64,000 bases of DNA from Picochlorum sp. SENEW3 (lineage: Eukaryota). Made by a program: the position numbers and the translations under genes. Under the pieces are notes generated by a model. It saw only the letters and a program-made list of their open reading frames with translations. It ran no database searches and was not told where the DNA came from. The DNA is taken from NCBI GenBank assembly GCA_034226945.1, contig CP120456.1, forward strand, positions 1,116,001-1,180,000. The letters run 5' to 3'. Each line of letters begins with the position of its first letter. Position 1 is the stretch's first letter. Shown here one piece after another: positions 21,930 through 34,794 of the stretch.

Positions 21930-24900
21930 ATGTCTGAAGCATAGGACAACCCAGCATTCTCAAGTGGAAGCACTGACGGCGAAGAAAGGACGGAAAGAGA
22001 CTTCAGGTCGCAAAACCGTACCTTGCGAGCAAAAGTCGCTGAACTGGAAGCTCGCTTGGAACAAATAACGTCCCAGACGGACCCGGAAGCTGGTGATGTT
22101 CCAGTGGACGCGCTGGCGGAAGCGCTGAAAAGGATTGCTCGGGAGACGGCAAAGCCCAAGACGCAGGTGGAAGGATACAAGAAGGCCCAGAAGGAAGTGC
22201 CCTTGTATCGAGGGTCGTGTGACGTATCCTCGATTACCACCTGGCTGTCCTCGGCAGAAATGTACTTGAAAGCTGCGCATGGAAATGATTCTAGCAGAGA
22301 CTCCTGGATCGGCTCATTGCCCTCGTTGTTGGACGGTGATGCTGCCAAGTGGTACGATGCAGAGCACGCCAAGGCACCATTTCAGTCTTGGAGTAGCTTT
22401 GTGGAACGCCTTTTCACGGCATTCACTGGTCACGGATCCAAGTCGTCTCTGTTGGACAGGGTGGCAGGGTTTGAACAAGGAAAGCTGTCAATCCTAGAAT
22501 TCATTGCTCAGTTCAAGCAGCTGGTGGATGCATTGGAAATCTCTGGAGTACCCATGTGCGACGAAATGCGAGTCAAGATGTTTGTGGAAAATTTGGCTCC
22601 CAACTACAAAGCCCAGGCACAGAAGTACTTGCTCGACTATCCCACCATACATGGAGTGTATGGCTCTTCGGGCGTACTGCCTATGTTTTCTGGGTTGACC
22701 ACATATCTTGTGCAATGGAGCTCGACGTTGGCTGCTTCTGGTTCTGTGTCGGTCAATTATGTGGCTGGGAAAGCCCAAGGTGACACATATCAACAGCAGA
22801 AGCAGTTCAACAGCAGGAAGGATAAAAAGGGCTTCAAAAAGGATCGCCCTTGTGTGGTGTGCGGCGAGAAGTATACGCCGGGGCACTTTTGCCCGCGGTA
22901 CTGCATGCGCTGTCGACAGTTCATCACGCAGCCGTGCAGATGCCCGCCACGCAAGGCAGCGGTAAACAGTATATCGACGAGAGCTTGCTCGACGGTCCAG
23001 GTACCACCGTCCAGAACGGGCAGCTCCATAATCGTCCCGCCAAATAAAGATGAGTCGGCCACGGAGGAAGAGAAAAGGCCCCCCTCCGGTGTCACGAATC
23101 CTCAGATGGATCACGCGTGCGAAGAGACCCAGTTGCCGAAGGAGATGCTGCAGCACGTTGGCAAGACTCATCCTGGCACGAACGTCCCAGACAAAGAAAA
23201 AGGGCTGACGTTCAGTTTTGAAGGGTCCATAAAAAAGAAGAGGGTCAGAATTCTCATGGACTCAGGGGCTCAGGATGACTTTATCTCTGAAAGCTTCATC
23301 CGAACTCATGGCTTGCCAGAACAGAGAATGGCGCCGATGAGTATAACGATGGCGGGTGGCTCAACGAAGGCGTCCCACACAGAATATCGGGGACGGTTGG
23401 TCATCAAGCAGGAGGACGCTCCGCAGATCGTGTCGGAAGTGAGGCTGAAGGTTGCGCCGCTGGACAATGAGTACGACGTGTTGCTTGGTCAGCCCTGGTT
23501 GTCTGCCAACCAGGCAGGCTTGTGTTACAAGACCAACAGCGTGTACCTCCAGAAACAAGGAAGAGTCTTGCAGTCTCCCACCTCCTCGAGCACCTTGATG
23601 TCGTACAAGACGATGGCTCGAGCGATGAAGACGGCGGGGGATGACGAGCTCTTTGGCATGATTGTGCCTTTCCAGCGCAGGAAGCCAGACAGCCTTCGTG
23701 TTTGCACCGTGGGCACGACGGAAGGAAAAGAACACGAGAACTTTATTGAGAAAATACATGAAAAATACAAGGACTTGTTCGTGGATGGCTTGCCTCCAGA
23801 AAATGTCGAGAGACCAGGTGGCGTGATGCACAAGATTGACTTGTTGCCAGGTTCTACACCTGTGGCCGAGCCTCTCCGCCGCATGGCTCCCAAGTTGCTT
23901 GAAGAATTGAAGGTTCAGTTGGATGAATTGTTGGAGAAGAAATTTATTCAGCCGAGTGTGTCGCCATACGGCGCACCGGTGCTGTTTTCCAAGAAGAAGA
24001 ATGGAAAGCTCAGACTCTGCGTGGACTACAGAGCGTTGAATGATCAGACGGTCAAGAACAGGTACCCCATTCCCAGGGCTGACGATTTGCTGGACCAGCT
24101 TCGAGGCGCAAAATATTTCACGTCGTTGGACATGACCTCGGGATACCATCAGATCCCCATTGCGCCGGAGGACAGGCCCAAGACCGCCTTCCGCACCCGC
24201 TATGGCTCTTTTGAATTCTTGGTCATGCCCTTTGGACTGACCAACGCGCCGGCGACGTTCCAGGCATGGATGAACTCCATATTGGCGCCCTATTTGGATA
24301 CTTTTGTGATTGTGTACCTGGATGACATCCTGATTTTCAGCAAGACAGAGGACGAGCACAAAAAGCATGTGCAGATGGTGCTGGACACATTGACACAGCA
24401 CAGAGCATATTTGAATCTGTCCAAGTGCAGTTTCTTTCAGCAAAGGATAACGTTTTTAGGGTATGAAATCTCTTCGGATGGCGTATGCGCGGATACAGGT
24501 CTGGTGTCGAAGATCCTCGAGTTCCCTGTACCAGAGACCAAGACGCACGTCAGGTCGTTCCTGGGAGCCGCTGGATTCTATAGAAGATTCGTCAAAGATT
24601 TTGCCAAGATTGCTGCGCCACTTTTTGATCTTACCAAGGAGAATGTGCCTTTTGTGTGGAACTCCATGCATCAGACAAGCTTTGATAGGTTGAAGGCAGT
24701 GCTCACCACATCTCCTGTCTTGAAATTGGCCGACCCCACAAAGGAGTACTATGTGTTCACGGACGCTTCGAACGTGGCCATAGGAGCCGTGCTGATGCAA
24801 AAGCACGAGGATGTGTATCATCCCGTTGCCTTCTTCTCGAGGAAATTGAAGCCTGCTGAACAGAACTATCCCGTGCATGACCGAGAGTTCTTGGCACTTG

Positions 24901-26616
24901 TGGCAGCCTTGCTCCACTGGAAGCATTATTTGTACATGGAATCTCCGGTGATTTACACTGATCATAGACCTTTGGTTCACCTGAGAAAGCAGAAAGATTT
25001 GAACCCTCGACAGATTCGATGGATGGAGAAGATAGCAGCATTCAATGCAGACATACGGTATGTTCAAGGCCGGGCAAATGTCCTTGCCGACTTGCTCAGC
25101 CGCCTCCTGTGCGCCTCTTTGTTGCATCGGAGTTGCAACATGATGCCCCCAGGGTGGAGGAAATCAAGCGAATGTACGAAAAGGACAAATTCATTGGCTC
25201 GCTGAAGAAACATCTTCACAGCAAATTGCCAGTACCAGCGGTGTTTAACGCGCTCAAGGTGGAAAAAGTAGTGGAAAAGGATGGACTGTTGTACTATGAA
25301 CATCCTGAGAAATCTCGCCTGAGGCTCATTGTCCCTGACGACAAGAGCTGAAGTGGGACTTGTGCAAACATCACCACGATGCGGTGTGTGCTGCCCATCC
25401 AGGCCGAGACAAAATGTATCAGCAGATGAAGCGATATTACTACTGGCCAGATATGTTCTCGGATATTGCAGACTATGTGCGCCAATGTCGCGTGTGCCAA
25501 GTGGTGAAAGACCAGAGCAAAAGACACCAAGGATTGCTCAAGCCGTTACCAGTGCCTCGTGGGCCTTGGGAGGACATCAGCATGGACTTCATCGTGGAGC
25601 TTCCAAGCACTGCGAGGAAAAATACGGTGGCTCTGGTGTTTGTGGACAGATTCACAAAGATGATGCATGTGGCACCGACGTCCACTCCTTGTGACGCCGA
25701 AAAGACGGCCCGACTGTTCATTCACCATGTGTTCAGATACCACGGTATGCCAAAGCGAATCGTGTCAGACCGAGACTCGCGATTCCTGAGTGCCTTTTGG
25801 CAAGAACTAATGAGTCGATTGGGATGTCAGACACTCATGTCCACTGCATATCATCCCCAGACAGATGGTCAGACCGAACGTTCCAACAGGATTCTGGAAG
25901 AAATGATTCGATGCTATTGCGACGAATTCACGAATACTTGGGATGATGAGCTGGATGTCCTGGAGTTTGCGTACAATAATTCGTATCAGAGCAGTATCAA
26001 GAGTACGCCGTTTTATGTGAACCAGGGCAGACACCCTGCGTTGCCCACCACCGTAGCTCTTGGGCTGGAGGATGACACTACTGCGACAAATGCCAGCCAA
26101 CTCATACAGAATATGGCATCTGCCAGGTATGCTGCGAAACATTATATGGAAGTTGCTCAAACAAGACAAGCCAAGTACGCCAATACGAAGAGAAAAGCTC
26201 TGCCACTCAAGGTTGGAGATGAAGTGCTTTTGGCTACGAACAGGCTCAAGATGAATGGAGAGAGTTTCAAGAAGTTACAACCGCGTTGGATAGGACCTTT
26301 TGTGGTGACAAAAGTGATTAACAGTAATGCAGTCAGGATAAACTCTGACCAGATGGGTCACAAATTCCACCCCGTCATCAACGTGGAACGGCTCAAACCA
26401 TATCATTCAGGAATGGACGTACAGAAACTCGACGACGAGTTATCTCAACAAATGTCAGAAATTGCTGTTGAGCATATAAACGAAGAAGAAGAAAAAGAAG
26501 GAAATGTGCCTGAGACCAGTATGGACGCACAGTCCAAAGACTCTCAGCAGCCTGACCAGCTCATATCACCAGAAGAGGACGAAGATGACCTCGTGATCGA
26601 GCTGGATGATTATTAG
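21930..26616 (+). pseudogene. gag-pol of copy 1
   Basis: Motifs CVVCGEKYTPGHFC, LMDSGA, YLDDILIFS, TDAS...HDREFLA and integrase HHCC / D-D-E / GPF. Private lesions relative to copy 2: TAG at codon 5 (21942) and a 1-nt deletion at ~25348. Also carries the shared frame break at ~25105. Confidence 0.9.
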
Positions 26617-27053
26617 ATAGATTGTTTGATGTGGGAAGGTTTTCAAGGGGAGATACAACCCTTGGCTGAGTTGAAGAAACTACCTCAGCACCTGCAATGG
26701 TTTTTCCCTTCCAGCCACATGACAACTGAGGACAGTTGGTCCAAACTTAGCGGGAAGGACTGTAACAGTACGAGGGTTGTACTGTTATGGCGCACCCGTG
26801 GAGGAGTGTTCTAGAACCTTCTAGAACCCATGACGTGACAGTGTTCATGAAATGTATAAATACCATGCTCCAGCCCTAGGCTGGAGGACTTCAAATATAA
26901 CTATTTCTTACAGTGTAACGTCGGACCAATGGAGCAACTAGTATCATTATATGGGCCCCGCATGATATATTTGGGACGTCTACTTATTGTGTTGCAATGA
27001 GTACTCCCACGACGACGACACTTTTGAACAGGGAACACCTCGCCCCTGTTACA

Positions 27054-28922
27054 AATTTCCCGATGATGCTCATGATGACTGGCTTATGGTCTGATACTAT
27101 TCCGTAGCTGTGGATCTCTATCGTTTTGATAGGTTGTGTGATATATCTGGTCATGTCTGACGAGGCATAGAAGCGGTCCAGGCGGCTATGAATAGTTCCT
27201 TCCATGGTTCCATGGTGTTGTGTGTACATGTGTTTCTGTCTCAGTGTCTCCTGTTGGCATTCTGTGATCGAGTTCCCTACAGTTTCTTTCCAGTACCTGA
27301 TGAGGTATTGTTCTTGTTTGTTGTTGATTCTCTTTGTGGAGGTGGTATCCAGTGTCTGGTCTTCAACAAAATTCCAGTCTCCAGCATAAATGATTCCCTG
27401 TGTTCTCTGTGTATCTTTCTTGATGTGGTTGATCAGAGCCGTGCTGATCGTCCAGTGGTTGGAGGTGGAGGTGGTAGGCATATACACATTTCCTATTCTT
27501 AGTTTATGTCCCGACCAGTCCAGTGAAAGACTGATCATGCGGCCCATGCCTTTCCTTGTCACTGTGCTGGGGTGGAGGTGAATTGGTGCTCTGCCTTGCC
27601 GATAGGTTCGGATCCAAATTGCTGTACCTCGAGCTCTGCCGTGTTGGCGATCATTGTGCCAAAATGTTTTCCATTCTGCTTGTGTGTTTCTATCGAGTAG
27701 GTCTGTAAAGTTGTGTTCGTCTGTGTTTCCTTTGAGATGGGTTTCCTGTATCAGGGCAATATCAATCCTGTGATCTTCTAACAGCTTCATCATGGCACTG
27801 TATTTGTTTGGGGTCAAGCCTCTTACGTTGAATGTCATGAAGTTCAAGCCGTTCATCATCATGGATAATGATTTACTTGCGGATGGCATGCGCCTTCTTC
27901 TGAGGCGATGCCGTTGGTGAGGGGCCTGTGGCTAGCTTCTTTTTTGGTGAGCCTTGCTGCTCCCTCTTTTTGGTCGAGGCTCTTGTGATCCTCCTCTGGC
28001 TCTCCTCCCCTATCAGGTCCTGCAGATTGTTGTGTGCTTCTTCAGAGTTGTCCAGGCCTGAGTTGTCCAGGCCTGCGTCGCTGTGTTGCTCGCCACAGTG
28101 CGTGTCTCTGCAGACACCACATCCTCTGAGTCCTCTGTGTTGCCGGCTTCCCTTGGTCCCTCTTCCCTCTGTGTCATAAGCTTCATTCGTTCCATCCTGT
28201 TGGTTGGCGGCGGTGTGCTGTGGGTCGACAAGGTTGTCGTGTTCTTCGGTGTTGGGTGCCTCCTGTTGGTCCTCCTCCATCTGTTGTGCTGGCTGGGGTG
28301 CTGATGTGTCCTGTGTTTCTGTGTGTGCTTCTTGTGTCTGGTTTACTTGGGCTGCGAATTCCTCGCTTGTGATGTTCACGAAATCGTCGGTTTGGATTTC
28401 GTTGTTCTCCACCATGGCGGCATACTGTACTTCTCTCACTGGGTAGTTGGCCAGGGTTGGTACTGTGTCCAATGAGACATGTGGGCGGCGGGGTCTGAGT
28501 ACCTGCCACTCCAGTGCAGGTCCTGTTGGGCCCACTGGGATGGTGCCATTCTGTCCTGGCCTGTTGTCCTTGTAGGTGATGAGCCATTCTGTTGCATGGA
28601 GGTATTCTGGCATTTCTCCGGCGTTCCTCGTATGGCTGCGAGGTGCGCATGTCATTATCTCCGCTTCTTTCGAGATGTTACCTTTGTTTGCCAAGTGTTG
28701 CATGATACTTCCCAAGAACTGTTGAAGCAGCTCCGGGTGTCGAGTTGGGACACCCCGTAAGATGGCTTGTTGCGTCTGTGTCTGAGTTTCATACTGTACA
28801 GTCACCGGGAACTGTTTGTCTTCATGTTCAAAGAACATCCAGGACCCGTCATTGACGATTTTTCCGAAATGTGGCTGAAATTCCCGCAGCACCCACATAT
28901 TCCAGAAAATCCTCAGTGTCTT
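27054..28922 (-). mobile_element. Inverted middle segment of LINE-A (ORF1 C-terminus + APE endonuclease of ORF2)
   Basis: APE motifs TFNVRGL, LIQETH, AGDWN, SRLDRF and SDHKPV in ORF 26984-27889. Confidence 0.9.
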
Positions 28923-29359
28923 TGTAACAGGGGCGAGGTGTTCCCTGTTCAAAAGTGTCGTCGTCGTGGGAGTACTCATTGCAACACAATGAGTAAGCGT
29001 CCCAAATATATCATGCGGGGCCCATATAATGATACTAGTTGCTCCATTGGTCCGACGTTACACTGTAAGAAATAGTTATATTTGAAGTCCCCCAGCCTAG
29101 GGCTGGAGCATGGTATTTATACATTTCATGAACACTGTCACGTCATGGGTTCTAGAAGGTTCTAGAACACTCCTCCACGGGTGCGCCATAACAGTACAAC
29201 CCTCGTACTGTTACAGTCCTCCCCGCTAAGTTTGAACCAACTGTCCTCAGTTGTCATGTGGATGGAAGGGAAAAACCATTGCAGGTGCTGAGGTAGTTTC
29301 TTCAACTCAGCCAAGGGTTGTATCTCCCCTTGAAAACCTTCCCACATCAAACAATCTAT

Positions 29360-30890
29360 CTAATAATCATCCAGCTCGATCATGAGGTCATCTTCGTCCT
29401 CTTCTGGTGATATGAGCTGGTCAGGCTGCTGAGAGTCTTTGGACTGTGCGTCCATACTGGTCTCAGGCACATTTCCTTCTTTTTCTTCTTCTTCTTTTGT
29501 TATTTCCTTCCTATGCTCAACAATAATTTCTGACATTTGTTGAGATAACTCGTCGTCGAGTTTCTGTACGTCCATTCCTGAATGATATGGTTTGAGCCGT
29601 TCCACGTTGATGACGGGGTGGAATTTGTGACCCATCTGGTCAGAGTTTATCCTGACTGCATTACTGTTAATCACTTTTGTTACCACAAAAGGTCCTATCC
29701 AACGCGGTTGTAACTTCTTGAAACTCTCTCCATTCATCTTGAGCCTGTTCGTAGCCAAAAGCACTTCATCTCCAACCTTGAGGGGCAGAGATTTTCTCTT
29801 CGTATTGGCGTACTTGGCTTGTCTTGCTTGAGCAACTTCCATATAATGTTTTGCAGCATACCTGGCAGATGCCATATTCTGTATGAGTTGGCTGGCATTT
29901 GTTGCAGTAGTGTCATTCTCCAGCCCAAGAGCGATAGTGGTGGGCAAGGCAGGGTGTCTGCCCTGATTCACATAAAACGGCGTACTCTTGATACTGCTCT
30001 GATACGAATTATTGTACGCAAACTCCAGGACATTCAGCTCTTCATCCCAAGTATTTGTGAATTCGTCGCAATAGCATCGAATCATTTCTTCCAGAATCCT
30101 GTTGGAACGTTCAGTCTGACCATCTGTCTGGGGGTGATATGCAGTGGACATGAGTGTCTGACATCCCAATCGACTCATTAGTTCTTGCCAAAAGGCACTC
30201 AGGAATCGCGAGTCTCGGTCTGACACGATTCGCTTTGGCATGCCGTGGTATCTGAACACATGGTGAATGAACAGTCGGGCCGTCTTCTCGGCGTCACAAG
30301 GAGTGGACGTCGGTGCCACATGCATCATCTTTGTGAATCTGTCCACAAACACCAGAGCCACCGTATTTTTCCTCGCAGTGCTTGGAAGCTCCACGATGAA
30401 GTCCATGCTGATGTCCTCCCAAGGCCCACGAGGCACTGGCAACGGCTTGAGCAATCCTTGGTGTCTTTTGTTCTGGTCTTTCACCACTTGGCACACGCGA
30501 CATTGGCGCACATAGTCTGCAATATCCGAGAACATATCTGGCCAGTAGTAATATCGCTTCATCTGCTGATACATTTTGTCTCGGCCTGGATGGGCAGCAC
30601 ACACCGCATCGTGGTGATGTTTGCACAAGTCCCACTTCAAGCTCTTGTCGTCAGGGACAATGAGCCTCAGGCGAGATTTCTCAGGATGTTCATAGTACAA
30701 CAGTCCATCCTTTTCCACTACTTTTTCCACCTTGAGCGCGTTAAACACCGCTGGTACTGGCAATTTGCTGTGAAGATGTTTCTTCAGCGAGCCAATGAAT
30801 TTGTCCTTTTCGTACATTCGCTTGATTTCCTCCACCCTGGGGGCATCATGTTGCAACTCCGATGCAACAAAGAGGCGCACAGGAGGCGGC
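29360..30890 (-). CDS. Integrase, in a different frame from RT-RH
   Basis: Motifs HHH..AHPG..YYWP..CRVC, SMDF, VSDRD, DGQTERSN and WIGPF. Confidence 0.88.
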
Positions 30891-33800
30891 TGAGCAAGTC
30901 GGCAAGGACATTTGCCCGGCCTTGAACATACCGTATGTCTGCATTGAATGCTGCTATCTTCTCCATCCATCGAATCTGTCGAGGGTTCAAATCTTTCTGC
31001 TTTCTCAGGTGAACCAAAGGTCTATGATCAGTGTAAATCACCGGAGATTCCATGTACAAATAATGCTTCCAGTGGAGCAAGGCTGCCACAAGTGCCAAGA
31101 ACTCTCGGTCATGCACGGGATAGTTCTGTTCAGCAGGCTTCAATTTCCTCGAGAAGAAGGCAACGGGATGATACACATCCTCGTGCTTTTGCATCAGCAC
31201 GGCTCCTATGGCCACGTTCGAAGCGTCCGTGAACACATAGTACTCCTTTGTGGGGTCGGCCAATTTCAAGACAGGAGATGTGGTGAGCACTGCCTTCAAC
31301 CTATCAAAGCTTGTCTGATGCATGGAGTTCCACACAAAAGGCACATTCTCCTTGGTAAGATCAAAAAGTGGCGCAGCAATCTTGGCAAAATCTTTGACGA
31401 ATCTTCTATAGAATCCAGCGGCTCCCAGGAACGACCTGACGTGCGTCTTGGTCTCTGGTACAGGGAACTCGAGGATCTTCGATACCAGACCTGCATCCGC
31501 GCATACGCCATCCGAAGAGATTTCATACCCTAAAAACGTTATCCTTTGCTGAAAGAAACTGCACTTGGACAGATTCAAATATGCCCTGTGCTGTGTCAAT
31601 GTGTCCAGCACCATCTGCACATGCTTTTTGTGCTCTTCTTCTGTCTTGCTGAAAATCAGGATGTCATCCAGGTACACAATCACAAAAGTATCCAAATAGG
31701 GCGCCAATATGGAGTTCATCCATGCCTGGAACGTCGCCGGCGCGTTGGTCAGTCCAAAGGGCATGACCAAGAATTCAAAAGAGCCATAGCGGGTGCGGAA
31801 GGCGGTCTTGGGCCTGTCCTCCGGCGCAATGGGGATCTGATGGTATCCCGAGGTCATGTCCAACGACGTGAAATATTTTGCGCCTCGAAGCTGGTCCAGC
31901 AAATCGTCAGCCCTGGGAATGGGGTACCTGTTCTTGACCGTCTGATCATTCAACGCTCTGTAGTCCACGCAGAGTCTGAGCTTTCCATTCTTCTTCTTGG
32001 AAAACAGCACCGGTGCGCCGTATGGCGACACACTCGGCTGAATAAATTTCTTCTCCAACAATTCATCCAACTGAACCTTCAATTCTTCAAGCAACTTGGG
32101 AGCCATGCGGCGGAGAGGCTCGGCCACAGGTGTAGAACCTGGCAACAAGTCAATCTTGTGCATCACGCCACCTGGTCTCTCGACATTTTCTGGAGGCAAG
32201 CCATCCACGAACAAGTCCTTGTATTTTTCATGTATTTTCTCAATAAAGTTCTCGTGTTCTTTTCCTTCCGTCGTGCCCACGGTGCAAACACGAAGGCTGT
32301 CTGGCTTCCTGCGCTGGAAAGGCACAATCATGCCAAAGAGCTCGTCATCCCCCGCCGTCTTCATCGCTCGAGCCATCGTCTTGTACGACATCAAGGTGCT
32401 CGAGGAGGTGGGAGACTGCAAGACTCTTCCTTGTTTCTGGAGGTACACGCTGTTGGTCTTGTAACACAAGCCTGCCTGGTTGGCAGACAACCAGGGCTGA
32501 CCAAGCAACACGTCGTACTCATTGTCCAGCGGCGCAACCTTCAGCCTCACTTCCGACACGATCTGCGGAGCGTCCTCCTGCTTGATGACCAACCGTCCCC
32601 GATATTCTGTGTGGGACGCCTTCGTTGAGCCACCCGCCATCGTTATACTCATCGGCGCCATTCTCTGTTCTGGCAAGCCATGAGTTCGGATGAAGCTTTC
32701 AGAGATAAAGTCATCCTGAGCCCCTGAGTCCATGAGAATTCTGACCCTCTTCTTTTTTATGGACCCTTCAAAACTGAACGTCAGCCCTTTTTCTTTGTCT
32801 GGGACGTTCGTGCCAGGATGAGTCTTGCCAACGTGCTGCAGCATCTCCTTCGGCAACTGGGTCTCTTCGCACGCGTGATCCATCTGAGGATTCGTGACAC
32901 CGGAGGGGGGCCTTTTCTCTTCCTCCGCGGCCGACTCATCTTTATTTGGCGGGAGGATTATGGAGCTGCCCGTTCTGGACGGTGGTACCTGGACCGTCGA
33001 GCAAGCTCTCGTCGATATACTGTTTACCGCTGCCTTGCGTGGCGGGCACCTGCACGGCTGCGTGATGAACTGTCGACAGCGCATGCAGTACCGCGGGCAG
33101 AAGTGCCCCGGCGTATACTTCTCGCCGCACACCACACAAGGGCGATCCTTCCTGAAGCCCTTTTTATCCTTCCTGCTGTTGAACTGCTTCTGCTGTTGAT
33201 ATGTGTCACCTTGGGCTTTCCCAGCCACATAATTGACCGACACAGAACCAGAGGCAGCCAACGTCGAGCTCCATTGCACAAGATATGTGGTCAACCCAGA
33301 AAACATAGGCAGTACGCCCGAAGAGCCATACACTCCATGTATGGTGGGATAGTCGAGCAAGTACTTCTGTGCCTGGGCTTTGTAGTTGGGAGCCAAATTT
33401 TCCACAAACATCTTGACTCGCATTTCGTCGCACATGGGTACTCCAGAGATTTCCAATGCATCCACCAGCTGCTTGAACTGAGCAATGAATTCTAGGATTG
33501 ACAGTTTTCCTTGTTCCAACCCTGCCACCCTGTCCAACAGAGACGACTTGGATCCGTGACCAGTGAATGCCGTGAAAAGGCGTTCCACAAAGCTACTCCA
33601 AGACTGAAATGGTGCCTTGGCGTGCTCTGCATCGTACCACTTGGCAGCATCACCGTCCAACAACGAGGGCAATGAGCCGATCCAGGAGTCTCTGCTAGAA
33701 TCATTTCCATGCGCAGCTTTCAAGTACATTTCTGCCGAGGACAGCCAGGTGGTAATCGAGGATACGTCACACGACCCTCGATACAAGGGCACTTCCTTCT

Positions 33801-34059
33801 GGGCCTTCTTGTATCCTTCCACCTGCGTCTTGGGCTTTGCCGTCTCCCGAGCAATCCTTTTCAGCGCTTCCGCCAGCGCGTCCACCGGAACATCACCAGC
33901 TTCCGGATCCGTCTGAGACGTTATTTGTTCCAAGCGAGCTTCCAGTTCAGCGACTTTTGCTCGCAAGGTACGGTTTTGCGACCTGAAGTCTCTTTCCGTC
34001 CTTTCTTCGCCATCAGTGCTTCCACTTGAGAATGCTGGGTTGTCGTATGCTTCAGACAT
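30784..34059 (-). CDS. Gag-protease-RT-RNaseH polyprotein
   Basis: 1091-aa ORF from an ATG, with Zn knuckle, DSGA, YLDD and RNaseH ending NVLADLLSR. Confidence 0.9.
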   Translation of the reverse strand: MSEAYDNPAFSSGSTDGEERTERDFRSQNRTLRAKVAELEARLEQITSQTDPEAGDVPVDALAEALKRIARETAKPKTQVEGYKKAQKEVPLYRGSCDVSSITTWLSSAEMYLKAAHGNDSSRDSWIGSLPSLLDGDAAKWYDAEHAKAPFQSWSSFVERLFTAFTGHGSKSSLLDRVAGLEQGKLSILEFIAQFKQLVDALEISGVPMCDEMRVKMFVENLAPNYKAQAQKYLLDYPTIHGVYGSSGVLPMFSGLTTYLVQWSSTLAASGSVSVNYVAGKAQGDTYQQQKQFNSRKDKKGFRKDRPCVVCGEKYTPGHFCPRYCMRCRQFITQPCRCPPRKAAVNSISTRACSTVQVPPSRTGSSIILPPNKDESAAEEEKRPPSGVTNPQMDHACEETQLPKEMLQHVGKTHPGTNVPDKEKGLTFSFEGSIKKKRVRILMDSGAQDDFISESFIRTHGLPEQRMAPMSITMAGGSTKASHTEYRGRLVIKQEDAPQIVSEVRLKVAPLDNEYDVLLGQPWLSANQAGLCYKTNSVYLQKQGRVLQSPTSSSTLMSYKTMARAMKTAGDDELFGMIVPFQRRKPDSLRVCTVGTTEGKEHENFIEKIHEKYKDLFVDGLPPENVERPGGVMHKIDLLPGSTPVAEPLRRMAPKLLEELKVQLDELLEKKFIQPSVSPYGAPVLFSKKKNGKLRLCVDYRALNDQTVKNRYPIPRADDLLDQLRGAKYFTSLDMTSGYHQIPIAPEDRPKTAFRTRYGSFEFLVMPFGLTNAPATFQAWMNSILAPYLDTFVIVYLDDILIFSKTEEEHKKHVQMVLDTLTQHRAYLNLSKCSFFQQRITFLGYEISSDGVCADAGLVSKILEFPVPETKTHVRSFLGAAGFYRRFVKDFAKIAAPLFDLTKENVPFVWNSMHQTSFDRLKAVLTTSPVLKLADPTKEYYVFTDASNVAIGAVLMQKHEDVYHPVAFFSRKLKPAEQNYPVHDREFLALVAALLHWKHYLYMESPVIYTDHRPLVHLRKQKDLNPRQIRWMEKIAAFNADIRYVQGRANVLADLLSRLLCASLLHRSCNMMPPGWRKSSECTKRTNSLAR

Positions 34060-34794
34060 TTTGCTTGCTTCACCTTTCGGACCCGTGTTTGTTTCTCTTC
34101 AGCAACAAGAATGCAAGGGACAACAAATATATGTTTCTAGTATAGTAGTACAACAACTCGAAATGTACTGGACACCACTATGTAGTCTGTACTGTTTTAT
34201 GTTTGAATTTCTTATGCCAGACTACCGCGTGTCGCTGTCCTTTTATAGAAATTCCCAATCCTCTCTGGCTTCTAGAACCTTCTAGAAGACGCGTTTCTAG
34301 AAGCTTCCGAACCGCGTTCGCGTGGACGTCTCCTGGCCAAGGTCTGTACCACACGCGTTCCCAACTGTGCAGCAGTCCCATACCTGCTGGAAGAGGTAGT
34401 AAACTGAATTCCTATAATTTCGAGCGAACCACACGAGCCCTTCAAGCCACGTCTTGCTTGAAACGACGCCGTGTGCTTCGTGTCGGAGTCTGAAACCACT
34501 GTAACAGGGGCGAGGTGTTCCCTGTTCAAAAGTGTCGTCGTCGTGGGAGTACTCATTGCAACACAATGAGTAAGCGTCCCAAATATATCATGCGGGGCCC
34601 ATATAATGATACTAGTTGTTCCATTGGTCCGACGTTACACTATAAGAAAAATAGTAATATTTGAAGTCCCCCAGCCTAGGGCTGGAGCATGGTATTTATA
34701 CATTTCATGAACACTGTCACGTCATGGGTTCTAGAAGGTTCTAGAACACTCCTCCACGGGTGCGCCATAACAGTACAACCCTCGTACTGTTACA

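Larger units (their letters stand above)
21197..27053 (+). mobile_element. Ty3/gypsy (chromovirus-like) LTR retrotransposon, copy 1, defective
   Basis: LTRs 21197-21491 and 26761-27053 (TGTAACAG...CTGTTACA). PBS-like TGGTTTCAGAC; PPT AGCGGGAAGGAC. Domain order gag-PR-RT-RH-IN. Confidence 0.95.
28923..34794 (-). mobile_element. Ty3/gypsy LTR retrotransposon, copy 2 (inverted relative to copy 1)
   Basis: LTRs 34500-34794 (5') and 28923-29215 (3'). Near-identical to copy 1. Confidence 0.95.

Noticed and set aside
23361..24443. 360-aa antisense ORF (and its twin at 31546-32628)
   Set aside because: Shadow frame opposite the RT coding sequence, with no recognisable motifs.
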